Positions 27,801 to 37,638 of a stretch of 64,000 bases of DNA are shown here, piece after piece (within the stretch, counting starts at the first letter, position 1; each line of letters begins with the position of its first letter). This DNA comes from a virus. Lineage: Duplodnaviria > Caudoviricetes. The notes below the pieces were generated by a model. That model ran no database searches and was not told where the DNA came from. It saw only the letters and a list, made by a program, of their open reading frames with translations. The stretch lies in IMG/VR virus record IMGVR_UViG_3300038530_003085, positions 123,394 through 187,393 of that record; one strand, written 5' to 3'. The translations under genes were made by a program, and so were the position numbers.

Positions 27801-30800
27801 AAAAGTTGCCAAAGATGACCCAGTAACAGATGTTGCAATAGAATCTCCATAAGACTTACGAAATTGTTCTACAAGATCAAGCGAACGTTGAGCAGGGTAA
27901 AAGCCCTTGTATGGATGAAATTTAATAGCTGCTCGACACGATAACTTAAACTCTTTTGCAGTCAAGTTGGACATTTGTCTAACATCTAAGAAATTCTCTA
28001 AGAAGTCAGAATTTGAGTAATCAATGTAGAAATTTTGTTGAGAACTGTTTATTGTAGTTCCGGGGATCTCGAATGTATCGTTGTTCTCGCCACCAAGAAT
28101 ACCAAACTTGGTATAATTCTCAACTTGTTCAGAAATTCTGAATTCTGGTACAATTGAGTATCCCTTCGCAATTAATTTGATGTCCTCCTTGAACTCTTCA
28201 TAAGTATCATAGAATGGTTCAGAGGTAGCGGACACAAAATTTGTTATACCATTAGATGTTGTTAAATATCCTGCAAGTCTTGGAGCTTCCCATTTTGCTT
28301 CACCTGAACCACTTATAACAGGATTGACGCCTGACGCGCCGGGATTTAATTGTGCAGTTTCAGGATATCCAATAGCTCTGACGTAAGTATCAATATGACT
28401 TGGATTATTAATTGAGAACGGTGACGCCATCATGTGTTTTCTTGCATAAAGAGCACTGTTTCTAACACAGAATGGTATTTGCTCTGCTTCTTGTAAACTG
28501 TTTGGTATAGCACTGTTATCCCTAACAAAATGATAAGTACTGTATGTATTCTGTAATTCACCAGCAGAATTTGAGGTTATAAGGGTTGAACCTGAGAAGT
28601 AGTGAAATCCTGACGCATCTTGATCAGACGCAATAAAAGTTGGACCTGTTCGGGTTTCAAAATCTAATGGCGCGTCAAGAGGCCAAATACTTTGAGTGAT
28701 AAATCGATCTGTAAATGGTGGCGATAACGTGCCATTACTGTAATCTCCGTATTTTGTAACTCCCATTGAATTAGGAATGCCCGTGCTTGCACTCACACGT
28801 TGTGCTTGAGTTGCTTTCCAGAATCCGCTATCATATCCTATTCTATTAACTGATCTTGAAGCAAACTCATTGCGAATAGATGGGTACACATTCTCTTTGT
28901 AGAGTGCCCAGTTAAGTGCAATACCACTTCTATCCTTCAGGGCAATCAACTGCTCATAGGGTGTTACTTGCCTGTCAAAATTGATTTCTGTAAACTCATT
29001 AAGTCCCTTATCGTTAAACAGCACATATTCATTACTATAAGATGTTTTAAGAGTGGCGTTGTCAGCAGTACTGATTATTTCAGTCTGTCCGTTTCTTGTT
29101 ACCAGTGAAGTACGTATAAAGTCAAAGTTTACAAATGATGGTCTACCAACCATTGAGACTGGGCGTAAGTCATATTCGCTTAGTACACCAGCACCGCCGG
29201 TTGTAAAGATGTTTAACTTATTGTTGAGTCTTTGGTGTGTAAGAATTTGATGATCTTGTTGACGAACTTGCTTCCATGATGGATAGCCAAACTGATTACC
29301 GCGCTTGAACATGAGACTATTGAGTATAACACCCTTATCAGCATTCTGAAGCAAACCGCCTTTGTCATAAGGTGATACGTAAGGATTGACCCAGTTAAGA
29401 AATCTATTTGAACTAGAAACTGGTGCGATTGAAGAAGCAATAACTGATGGGACAGTTGTTGGCGGTATCAAAGTATTAGTCGATACATCTATATCTTCTC
29501 TAACATTTAGATTTAGTCTGGTAGTTTGAGGTAAGTAATTTTGTGTAATGTTTTCAGAACTGCGAAGTATTCGACCTGTATCAGAGGGTGCTCTTGAACT
29601 ACCTATTTGACTTGCAGTCACAAAGTCGAAAGCATTAGGATATGTGATACCTGATGCACCTGATAATCTTATAGTAAACTTAGGATGATAGAACCCACAA
29701 ATACCATTGTCATTGACAAGTGAGGATGTAATCCAAGCGTATTGCTTACTCATTTGTGGAATCTGATGTTGTACAAAGAAGTTATCAAACATTGAATGAG
29801 TGGCAAATGTCTTGATATCGTCATACCTTACAAGCACTGGTGAACAGCCCGCGGGTACATTTGTATCTGCAATCATTCCCATACCAGCGCTGCTGTTTCC
29901 TAATGGAACAAATACATTTTCATTAAAGCCAATTAGGCTATTGGTTGCAGCATCCATTGTACCCGGATTTGCAGCGTTAATAGCCATATAGTTACTATCT
30001 GGAGAATCTTCAAATCTAATCCAGTCCCAAAGATCTGCACTATTATCAGTGTAGACTGCGGATGCAGTAACATCACAAGGTACTCCGCTGTTATACAAAG
30101 AACTAACCTCAGTAGAAGTTAAACCGGTTGTCCAAAAAGTGAATTCATCAATAGAAGCAGACAGTGGATTTTGACCATCAGCCATACCACCACCAATATT
30201 CATGTAAGCGGCGCCTTGGGCTTTAATAGCAGAGAACCCTCTATAGCTTGATTTTGTGCCTGCAGCAGTTCGATAATTTGGCCTTATTGATTGAATGTCT
30301 GCGGCTGATTGAGAAACACCATTAAAGTACAATGTAGCTGCAGCGTCAAAATTAGAGTTGACTGAACCATTGTCAAGAGAGTTCCAAACTAATGCATAGT
30401 GATTGAATGTGCCTGATAAGTCAAAGCTTGCAAATGGGAAGTGCCACTCGAATTTAATTGTGCTGTTACCACCACCACCAGTGGTACCCACACTGAAATG
30501 AATTTGAGGTCTATCACCAGAACCAGCGTGAACTTTTTCTAATTTTGCAAGTGTTGTTGAAGAATTGGTACAGCCAACACCCCAGACTTGTTCAGTAATT
30601 GCCGAGCCCCCTTTAACGTCATTATGAAACTTTATAAGTCCTGTCCAGCTTAGTGAGTTTCCAGCGCCGCCTGTAATGGAATTTAATAACAATGGAGCTT
30701 TAGTATCTGGCTTGCCTAAACTAGCATTATGTGTACCAGTTAGAAAGAATGTGGGGTTTGGATTTGAGGCAGTCAGAGATGCACCTTGTGTATTGTGTAG

Positions 30801-33800
30801 GGTATCACCTTCATAGACTGGTGTTGGAGTATCGGTTAGAATCCTAACACAGTCTTTATTGTTTCTGTGTGTTTTATGGTATCCCGGTGATTCATCATAT
30901 GATGCGCCGGGATTCGTAACTAGATTTGAATCTCTACCAAATCTAGCTGTATGTCTCGACGAGTGTGCAGTTAATCCAAAATCTTGTCCGTGGATGTCAA
31001 ACACTCTAATACCGGGTGTCCCAGCACCTGTTGGTTCAGAAATTTGACCTGTTGATACCTGATGTGGTCTAGTAACCATAATGTTGGTATAGTCAGGGTT
31101 ATTGTATACTGAGAACTCGTTAGACCTAAAATCACGGTATCCTCTACCCTCAGTCAACAATCCACCAATTGCACTGAATCTGCTTACTATTACAGTTTTG
31201 TTGGTAGTGCCTGATAAATACCCAACATCGTAATCAGGCATAACTTCAAAGTGACCTTCCTCAAGTCTCCTAGCATCTAAGAAAGTTCTAGTTTGAGTCG
31301 AGCTAGTCGCTCTTAGATCAAAAGTATTAGGTGGTAATAATGGTGGATTTTCAATAAATTGTCTTGGATTCTCAAAAGCTCCAAATGTATGAACAACATC
31401 GTAGTTGTGTTGATAGTTACCAAGTATTGTCGAGCCGGTTCTTAATTGAATGTTTCTAATGTTTACTGGTCTCTTGGCAATAAAATCTCTGTAGTACACA
31501 GCCTTCTCAGAAGCTGTGACAGGATAAGGAAACTCATCTGGTGCATTTGCTTCAGGCCAAGGATAATCTGGCGCTGTCATACCAATAGCGCCATCCGTTA
31601 ACTGACCATCGCAGCTTGGATCTGCTGGATCTCTCTTACCAAGTAAAAGCTTCCAAGCTTCAGGTCTAGAGAGATAATTATCTAATCCGGTGTAGAACAC
31701 ACTTTTGGCAGAGCTACTAACGTTAAGCGGAACATGTCGTGATTGATGTCCGCCAACTGCATAATTTGTGAATGGACCCTGCATAGGTATTTCCATATCG
31801 GTACCATATGCGTCATTATGTAAATTGGTAATTGTTACATTCTTGTGGGTTCGATATTTAATGTAATCATCAACACCACCTGAGATAGATGCACTAATTA
31901 AATTAAACGGGAATGCAAAAGAGTTTTTGTTGGCTTCATATCCTAAGCCATCAATATAATCTCTACCTTGATCCACCTTGATATAACGCTTTCGCTTCTT
32001 ATTAATATTTTCTGTTAGTTGTTGCTTGAATGCCTCATCGGATACAACATTATCAAATGTTTCTATCTCACCAAAAAGAACGTTCTGTGGAACAAGAACA
32101 GAGCCGGCTGAAGAGGATACTGGACCAGCAGGGTGTAAAGATGTATAAGTATATTGAATACTCTTGTTATCTATAAAGTTAACACCACCCTTAATAACTC
32201 TATTAATTGTCACGTTTTCTGGGCCAGTGAAATCAACTGTACCGGCTTTCTGAGTTTCTAATAACCTATTGAGTGTATATCTTGTGCCGTCAGTTTTTGT
32301 AAGTGTTGGCATAGAGCCACTAAACTCTGGTCTACTCCATTTAACTGCTCGTATGCGTCTGCGCTTAGCGTCAAGTGTTGCGGCACTAGAAGTAATTTCA
32401 GGGTCTGCAATACCTGCAGCACCGGGCAGTGCCCTCTTTTTCCAAAAATCAGTATGTAAGTGTGTTGGTCGAGTTGCATCTGGTATGAAAGAACCACTTA
32501 CACCAGCAGGAAAAGTTGATCCACTAACACCGCCATACAGTTCTGCTTCATAACGAAGCTTTGCCTCGACAACGCCGCGGATACTAGCTTCTGGATCTTT
32601 CTGCTTAAATTCAATTGTTGGGAATCTTGATTGATATTTATTTCTTTCTAATACATGACTCTCAACAGTATTGTAAACATCATTAATAAATTCAGCAGAA
32701 GCAGGTACAAGCTGAGCTATCATTTCAGAAATAGAGTCATCAAACCACTTGTAATAATCTACAAACTTTTCTACTGTTGATAAGTTCTCAACTCTCTGAA
32801 AAAAGATGCTTCTTAAGTAATTCAAATCCTTGTACTGCATTCTATAGCGATTTACAGGATCACCTATAAGGTTGTTAAAGTCTATCGAGCCTGCGAAGAA
32901 GTCTAATATTTCTTCAGATACGGCACGATAAAGGCTTTTTTCTACAACAAAAACATAGTTTGGTACTTGGTCAAATGTTCCTAATAACTCATCGTCTTCT
33001 GACAATACTTGCACCATATCAGAAGAGACAACTATTTCTGGATCAATGAACTTGAATTCATTAACGATACGGTTCGACACAACGTTAGTGTCATCAGCAG
33101 CGAAATTACTACCACGACCAGTGTGTGGATATCCTGCGACTTGTCCAGCCCAACCAAAATTATCACGTATAAGCACTGAACCGGAACTAAGGTCGGTCAC
33201 ATAGAAGTCACCAGAACTATCTGAACTTGTAACGTTTTGGAAGTACCAGTTTAAAGCTAACGTATTGAAATTATAACTATTTTGATTTTCTTCTGGTGCA
33301 TTGATAGCATCGATGTTACGATAGGAGCCTGAGATACCAAAGTTTTCTCGATCAACTGCATGCTGCTTAAGAGTAAAAGAATCAAGATATTTTGTCCAAT
33401 ATCGTGTATCTGTAAATAATACATCACTCCTTACAGTATTAGCACCTGTAATGTTTGTGTTGGTGGCACCGATATAAACTCTTTTTGAAGCGCGAAGGAA
33501 GTTTTTAGCTACATCTTGACTGATTGAGGAAGTCAACTCAAAAGAGTTATTAATACTACCTAATTTGTTGTTGTAGCCCCTGAACACAACATTGTAGTCT
33601 TGGACATCAGAGCCTGATGTAGTGAAGGCGTAGGGGTATTGTGGAGGCTTTATTGAGACAGATAAATTCCAGTCCTCATCATCATAAACATTATAGAATA
33701 AGCTGGTTGTCAATAATGGTACTGGGAAAGGCGTAACAGATGATGACAGTCTGAAAAATACATTTCTTGATCCAGCCGAATCTCTAATTGCTTGTACTTG

Positions 33801-36017
33801 GAAGTTTGCATTATCTGATGCAAATATAGTTGTATCCGCTCCATCATCGGTGCTAGCAGAATGCATACCAAACAATGAAATTGTATTAATTGTTCTTCTA
33901 TGAACTTTATCGATAGAATTAAAAAAGTTGGGAAATTTTACACCAACTTCTGTTGTAAATCCATATCGATCTTCAAGTGCGACTGGGCCTGAACCAGAAA
34001 TATAACCTTGTGATTCTGCATTAGATGGATCAGGGGCTTGATACACAACTGCAGTAGTTGATAAGTTACTGTTTAGATTAATTAATTTTCTTTTCTTTTG
34101 TGTCTGCTTAAGATTACTCTTTAACTCAAATAATTGATTGTTAGCGTATGTGTTTAGGTAGACTAAGTTATCATCAATATTGAAGCATCTAAACAGGTTG
34201 CGAATTGACCTTTCGGTTCCCTTTGACTTGTAAATGGCAGCAAGGTTGTTGTAAATGTTTTGATAAATTATATTTTTTGTTTTATATAATTCTTGCTGAA
34301 ACAGCATCGTATCATTTCTATTTGCAAATTTTTCAAGCACCGTCGAGTCAACAAAGATTTCTGGTGTATAAAGCCCCAATGATTGTGGCAAGTGTTCTGA
34401 AAATGGGAATGGATCATTTGATGCGCTGGTATAAGTGGCATGCCTAAAGGTAGGTATTGCTTGAATTTGCAAATATAACTTATCAAAGTAAGCACCCATA
34501 ATGTGGGAGAGTTGCTCTATATCTGTAAGTCCTAATTCTTCGCTTTCTTCAACTACCCAAGATGGAGTGTTCTTAAGAAACATTGCATTATTTTGCACGT
34601 CATGATAAGTTCCAATGTCCAATAACTCTGCCTTAAGTGCTACGACACTTGGATGATCAGCATAAATAATCGGATCTAAATACTCCGATTCTGCTGCAGA
34701 CGCTGAAACGATAGCAGAGCCAGTATTTCTGGCAACTGAGGAGTATCCAGTCCAAGTACCATTGCATATTCTGCCACCATAGTCTAAAACAACACTATCA
34801 ATTGATGCGTTATTTGTAATACCTTCGTTAAACTTATAGTACATTCCAAGAGTAGTGTTGGATATATCTGTATTAACGCCACCTCTAATTTGTGTAAACC
34901 AATTTTGTCCTATCTCTTTTGCGTCTCTTGCTATCTTCCAAAATCTAAATTCATCAAGCGAGCCGCTAAGCTTACCAGCGCCACTGTAATTTGTAATCTT
35001 TGATACATCTTCGAGACCTCTTGGTGCTGTTTGAAGTGCTGCCAAGCGACCCATCATTTTTTCAGGATTAAGTTCTCCAACAGTTTTAGACGATACAATT
35101 TTTGTATTATTTAAATTACCATTGACGTAAAGCTTAATGTGAAAATCAGAACCGCTATTTTGTAACACAAATCCATAGTGCTTCCAATCATTTAGAGTAT
35201 CAATTGATAAATCAGCACCAACTGCTTCTTGAAAAATACTAGTGGATCCTGATTCAACTGTAACACGCCACGGTGTGGCTGCCCCAGCGGTGCCATCAAG
35301 CTCGACAGTAATTCGACCATAGTGCGCACTTGAACTAAGTTCGTTGTTCCATATATCTGCAATTACTTGTTTTTCTGTTAAAGACGTTGCAAGGGAACCT
35401 GTTTTTGCCCAGAACTCAATCGTGACACCATCATCAAAGTTTGATTTAAGGTTTGATGTTCTTGTGCCTGAGCCATAATCAGGACGAAAGCCGTTGTTGG
35501 TGTAGATGTTTTCATCATAAACATTACTGTATTGAAATTTGCTATCTCTATCATCTGGTACTAATGTTTTAATTTGTGCAGTTTGACTAAGTGAATTTGG
35601 GCCGGCCTTGAATGTGATGTATTCATTCGAGCTAGGTGAACCGTATCCACCATTACGAGCGGTAGCAGTACCCCACTCATTGGCAGAAAAAACAGCATAT
35701 CCATTCGTTCGAGGATATCTATTGTTAAACAAGTATTTTTCAATATCTAATGACTTGTTATAAAATTCTGTTAACTCGGCTTCAGAGCCATCGTAAGGAT
35801 AGAAATTAATAATGCGAGATATTGCACTATCGTAATATAATCTTGCGGAGCCAAACTTAGCAAATGTAGCTGGATCGGAATAATCTACTTGTGGTAAGAA
35901 AGCATCTTGTTTAGCTTTGTTAGCCCTTAAATTACGTGAGGATTCTACTTCAGAAAAAGCATCTTTCTCGTCTTGCGATTTTAAATAATTTCTAGTGAAT
36001 AAATCCTTAGTACTCAT
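24876..36017 (-). CDS. Giant baseplate wedge/tail protein with LamG (concanavalin A-like) domains
   Basis: 3713 aa. LamG hallmarks TIEFW...WKHYG...LYVNG...LDEFRFW (about 35.4-34.8 kb) and HYALVW...LYFNG...IDEFTFW (about 30.7-30.0 kb); YKSKGTERSI segment typical of baseplate wedge proteins; Gly-rich tail. Confidence 0.7.
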   Translation of the reverse strand: MSTKDLFTRNYLKSQDEKDAFSEVESSRNLRANKAKQDAFLPQVDYSDPATFAKFGSARLYYDSAISRIINFYPYDGSEAELTEFYNKSLDIEKYLFNNRYPRTNGYAVFSANEWGTATARNGGYGSPSSNEYITFKAGPNSLSQTAQIKTLVPDDRDSKFQYSNVYDENIYTNNGFRPDYGSGTRTSNLKSNFDDGVTIEFWAKTGSLATSLTEKQVIADIWNNELSSSAHYGRITVELDGTAGAATPWRVTVESGSTSIFQEAVGADLSIDTLNDWKHYGFVLQNSGSDFHIKLYVNGNLNNTKIVSSKTVGELNPEKMMGRLAALQTAPRGLEDVSKITNYSGAGKLSGSLDEFRFWKIARDAKEIGQNWFTQIRGGVNTDISNTTLGMYYKFNEGITNNASIDSVVLDYGGRICNGTWTGYSSVARNTGSAIVSASAAESEYLDPIIYADHPSVVALKAELLDIGTYHDVQNNAMFLKNTPSWVVEESEELGLTDIEQLSHIMGAYFDKLYLQIQAIPTFRHATYTSASNDPFPFSEHLPQSLGLYTPEIFVDSTVLEKFANRNDTMLFQQELYKTKNIIYQNIYNNLAAIYKSKGTERSIRNLFRCFNIDDNLVYLNTYANNQLFELKSNLKQTQKKRKLINLNSNLSTTAVVYQAPDPSNAESQGYISGSGPVALEDRYGFTTEVGVKFPNFFNSIDKVHRRTINTISLFGMHSASTDDGADTTIFASDNANFQVQAIRDSAGSRNVFFRLSSSVTPFPVPLLTTSLFYNVYDDEDWNLSVSIKPPQYPYAFTTSGSDVQDYNVVFRGYNNKLGSINNSFELTSSISQDVAKNFLRASKRVYIGATNTNITGANTVRSDVLFTDTRYWTKYLDSFTLKQHAVDRENFGISGSYRNIDAINAPEENQNSYNFNTLALNWYFQNVTSSDSSGDFYVTDLSSGSVLIRDNFGWAGQVAGYPHTGRGSNFAADDTNVVSNRIVNEFKFIDPEIVVSSDMVQVLSEDDELLGTFDQVPNYVFVVEKSLYRAVSEEILDFFAGSIDFNNLIGDPVNRYRMQYKDLNYLRSIFFQRVENLSTVEKFVDYYKWFDDSISEMIAQLVPASAEFINDVYNTVESHVLERNKYQSRFPTIEFKQKDPEASIRGVVEAKLRYEAELYGGVSGSTFPAGVSGSFIPDATRPTHLHTDFWKKRALPGAAGIADPEITSSAATLDAKRRRIRAVKWSRPEFSGSMPTLTKTDGTRYTLNRLLETQKAGTVDFTGPENVTINRVIKGGVNFIDNKSIQYTYTSLHPAGPVSSSAGSVLVPQNVLFGEIETFDNVVSDEAFKQQLTENINKKRKRYIKVDQGRDYIDGLGYEANKNSFAFPFNLISASISGGVDDYIKYRTHKNVTITNLHNDAYGTDMEIPMQGPFTNYAVGGHQSRHVPLNVSSSAKSVFYTGLDNYLSRPEAWKLLLGKRDPADPSCDGQLTDGAIGMTAPDYPWPEANAPDEFPYPVTASEKAVYYRDFIAKRPVNIRNIQLRTGSTILGNYQHNYDVVHTFGAFENPRQFIENPPLLPPNTFDLRATSSTQTRTFLDARRLEEGHFEVMPDYDVGYLSGTTNKTVIVSRFSAIGGLLTEGRGYRDFRSNEFSVYNNPDYTNIMVTRPHQVSTGQISEPTGAGTPGIRVFDIHGQDFGLTAHSSRHTARFGRDSNLVTNPGASYDESPGYHKTHRNNKDCVRILTDTPTPVYEGDTLHNTQGASLTASNPNPTFFLTGTHNASLGKPDTKAPLLLNSITGGAGNSLSWTGLIKFHNDVKGGSAITEQVWGVGCTNSSTTLAKLEKVHAGSGDRPQIHFSVGTTGGGGNSTIKFEWHFPFASFDLSGTFNHYALVWNSLDNGSVNSNFDAAATLYFNGVSQSAADIQSIRPNYRTAAGTKSSYRGFSAIKAQGAAYMNIGGGMADGQNPLSASIDEFTFWTTGLTSTEVSSLYNSGVPCDVTASAVYTDNSADLWDWIRFEDSPDSNYMAINAANPGTMDAATNSLIGFNENVFVPLGNSSAGMGMIADTNVPAGCSPVLVRYDDIKTFATHSMFDNFFVQHQIPQMSKQYAWITSSLVNDNGICGFYHPKFTIRLSGASGITYPNAFDFVTASQIGSSRAPSDTGRILRSSENITQNYLPQTTRLNLNVREDIDVSTNTLIPPTTVPSVIASSIAPVSSSNRFLNWVNPYVSPYDKGGLLQNADKGVILNSLMFKRGNQFGYPSWKQVRQQDHQILTHQRLNNKLNIFTTGGAGVLSEYDLRPVSMVGRPSFVNFDFIRTSLVTRNGQTEIISTADNATLKTSYSNEYVLFNDKGLNEFTEINFDRQVTPYEQLIALKDRSGIALNWALYKENVYPSIRNEFASRSVNRIGYDSGFWKATQAQRVSASTGIPNSMGVTKYGDYSNGTLSPPFTDRFITQSIWPLDAPLDFETRTGPTFIASDQDASGFHYFSGSTLITSNSAGELQNTYSTYHFVRDNSAIPNSLQEAEQIPFCVRNSALYARKHMMASPFSINNPSHIDTYVRAIGYPETAQLNPGASGVNPVISGSGEAKWEAPRLAGYLTTSNGITNFVSATSEPFYDTYEEFKEDIKLIAKGYSIVPEFRISEQVENYTKFGILGGENNDTFEIPGTTINSSQQNFYIDYSNSDFLENFLDVRQMSNLTAKEFKLSCRAAIKFHPYKGFYPAQRSLDLVEQFRKSYGDSIATSVTGSSLATFADVDDSELIQYSYARPVTQPLFAPGILYNSIKSGIAVDYPVITDGTKVEYEALTASNSSPLTASNFLIKAKIRDAVGTDQFGVNYVSGTFWDKRIPFEAIIDPSQHMRGLEIPELEPHPSMSFNRIPLTASLAGQPADKLYTLMASNYFAEVGKFFLSNNEYTKLSSNGNSISTVKFREGEIYGARLRLKASHSGSRLYSFESGSDGTNNFYGPQGAKSTGRRYAFGVGNPPALGAAGQSAISSSTLVNSASFEIPQDPTQNPNFKRNFVMYSRTTAFGPPVLGRSYFADASDGFEHAFNALATGSSLAGTKDSLNGFNWAYTPPYYDGEAWVDFIFSPSGGVDYDLTRILAETQTITRRFDPGDSLLRSADGTPNANGFRTLVKDRIGINGQFGPHPADPIMGDLSFVISKPNGLQPYSGEHIDNNAMQIDAAINLFGIENVPKKRFDKFGQLITDENEIAAQRWVIQPKFETPMMNFADIGDRPISSSNDSNSTLTLPTNFGAGTTPRGMWHQFGTMPSNNNTGIFLEIGDIPESWLANHYEVIGSASVYNGFVGTRGLNISKEMQSFANLMGFTNENSSVRLGEVANKQVIREAVVAVPYTVKGIEQGDPQPSAENAQTRKEFITIPKYRYEAALEENIDSLPGNSLDAAGQSIRRQVNKMKNYVLPPQFDFLNNQLIDPLVMYIFEFKYEFDRDDLSYIWQNLAPRNSTRMSLAEDAVAHELINTELLTEDNLVKNPNLRWMVFKVKQRSQAMYEDIIVKQANQPIKPPQLQDAVLQGTQDYKVRFNWPYDYVSIIESIQVDADVLFKDRAPSTPNSSQYIASPEYVNPASTVGVINDSLDKTKRRQTKVVTEVKKSEMGNSVQTKNNKSNRRVVDVEIKQGGRIEYTNNSAGNNQTTGPRNPRGGTPRTGGQTTTTTRSSPSVTRRNAGTVTTGTGAGEAGGIRGDDGGSDSGLGGGRSGGGSDGGGTY

Positions 36018-37638
36018 CGTCTAACACTCTGAATTTGAATATTTTATCCTGTTCAAGCCAAGAATTTAACTCTTTATTGTAAAAAGCAAACTTGAACCCA
36101 TATTCATAACCCGGATCTAGTAAGCGCATATCGACGTTAAAGTAATTACCAGATACATCGTAGGATAAACCTGTAGCAAAATCACTTCCTGTGTTGTGTG
36201 GTATGGCTTCAAGCGAATCAAGGATTCTGAAAACTCTATACGAAGCACTCATTATTGGATAATGTGGTGGATTCTCCTTGGCCTTAGTATAAATAGTTGG
36301 GGACCAATTTTTATTTCTAATGTAAAGGTTAAATCTGGCGGTTTCATTCTTGCTATATTCGTTTCGTAAATTAGTAATATTGATAAAATATTTTCTTGTG
36401 TCAACAGCAAGAGAAGATTCTATTACCTTAGCGCTAATAGAACCGGTAAAATATTCGAGTGATGTGGCATGTTCATTCTGCATCGAGCCACTATGCCATA
36501 CGTCATAAAGTGTCTGAATAGGCGTAGCTGCGGAAGTGATAGCGATTGAGCAACTGTAAATTCCTGTAGATACATGTCCACCAGTAATACTGGTTGTTCC
36601 GTCAAATAATACAAGTCGTGAACCTGATGGTTCTGAGTTATCAGCAGAGCCTGAATACAAGCTGACCATAATTGAACCTGTTGTGCCAATAGACGGAATG
36701 TCTGTGAGTCTGCCTCTAACGTAGTTGTAAAGATACAGTGTATTTAAATTGTCTGGACCTGGAGCTAAAGAGCTACTGTAATAAAAATCTCCACGATCAT
36801 CTCTTTTGATATCATTCCATCGAGCTTCAATTACTGGCTTCTTAAAGAAGAATTGTGTACCTCTTGCAAAAAATCTTTTTGTATAATATGATTTTGTTGA
36901 GCCACTAGGATTATAGATAACAGCTTGGCCAGAGTCTGCTGGATCGGGAAGTCTTGGGGTCCTGCTGACAACAGTGTTTAATGCGCCAGAAACATAAGCC
37001 TCTTGGCTGGCTGATAAAGCAATTCCAACACCATAATTTGTGTATGTTCCATCTAGCCATTGTTCTACAAGAGGAGTTATATTAACTTCTAAATCTTCTA
37101 ATCCTGTTTTAAGGTTTTGTTTGAAGATGTGAACTTCTGAAGAAACATCAGCGTTTGGAACTGATTGAGTGTGATAAGAACCACCAGCTAATAGAGTGCC
37201 ATTAATATCAGTCCAAGCAGCCGTATTAGAAGCCGACATCCAATTGGAACCTTCATTTCCATTTGTAACATCCAGATAGTTTTCTAAATCTAAACCAACA
37301 CCCTCTTGCCAAGATTGTGAGATAGCATGCACAACAATATCCAGATCTCTTGGAACAGTTTTAGATGTCTCAGCATTAAAAAGTCTTAAATAAAAATTAA
37401 CTGAACCAGAGGCTGGAATGTTGCCAGACGAACGATCAGAATCTATTCCTGTAACTGGGAATTGAATTAATATTCTAGAAAGCTCTTGAGATCCAGACGC
37501 AACCCTATCATAGACAGAATATGTTTCTAGAACGTCAGCTTCTCCTGTATTCGCACCGGTGCCTCTAGTCTGTAAATCTGACTGAAAGGCGTTAACTATA
37601 GTGTTGTCAGCATCTGCTGTGTACTTTTTTATTGGCAT
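36007..37638 (-). CDS. Baseplate-associated structural protein (possible DNRLRE-like N-terminal domain)
   Basis: 543 aa directly after baseplate J; ADADNTI...SRILIQF...WQEG pattern. Confidence 0.55.
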   Translation of the reverse strand: MPIKKYTADADNTIVNAFQSDLQTRGTGANTGEADVLETYSVYDRVASGSQELSRILIQFPVTGIDSDRSSGNIPASGSVNFYLRLFNAETSKTVPRDLDIVVHAISQSWQEGVGLDLENYLDVTNGNEGSNWMSASNTAAWTDINGTLLAGGSYHTQSVPNADVSSEVHIFKQNLKTGLEDLEVNITPLVEQWLDGTYTNYGVGIALSASQEAYVSGALNTVVSRTPRLPDPADSGQAVIYNPSGSTKSYYTKRFFARGTQFFFKKPVIEARWNDIKRDDRGDFYYSSSLAPGPDNLNTLYLYNYVRGRLTDIPSIGTTGSIMVSLYSGSADNSEPSGSRLVLFDGTTSITGGHVSTGIYSCSIAITSAATPIQTLYDVWHSGSMQNEHATSLEYFTGSISAKVIESSLAVDTRKYFINITNLRNEYSKNETARFNLYIRNKNWSPTIYTKAKENPPHYPIMSASYRVFRILDSLEAIPHNTGSDFATGLSYDVSGNYFNVDMRLLDPGYEYGFKFAFYNKELNSWLEQDKIFKFRVLDDEY

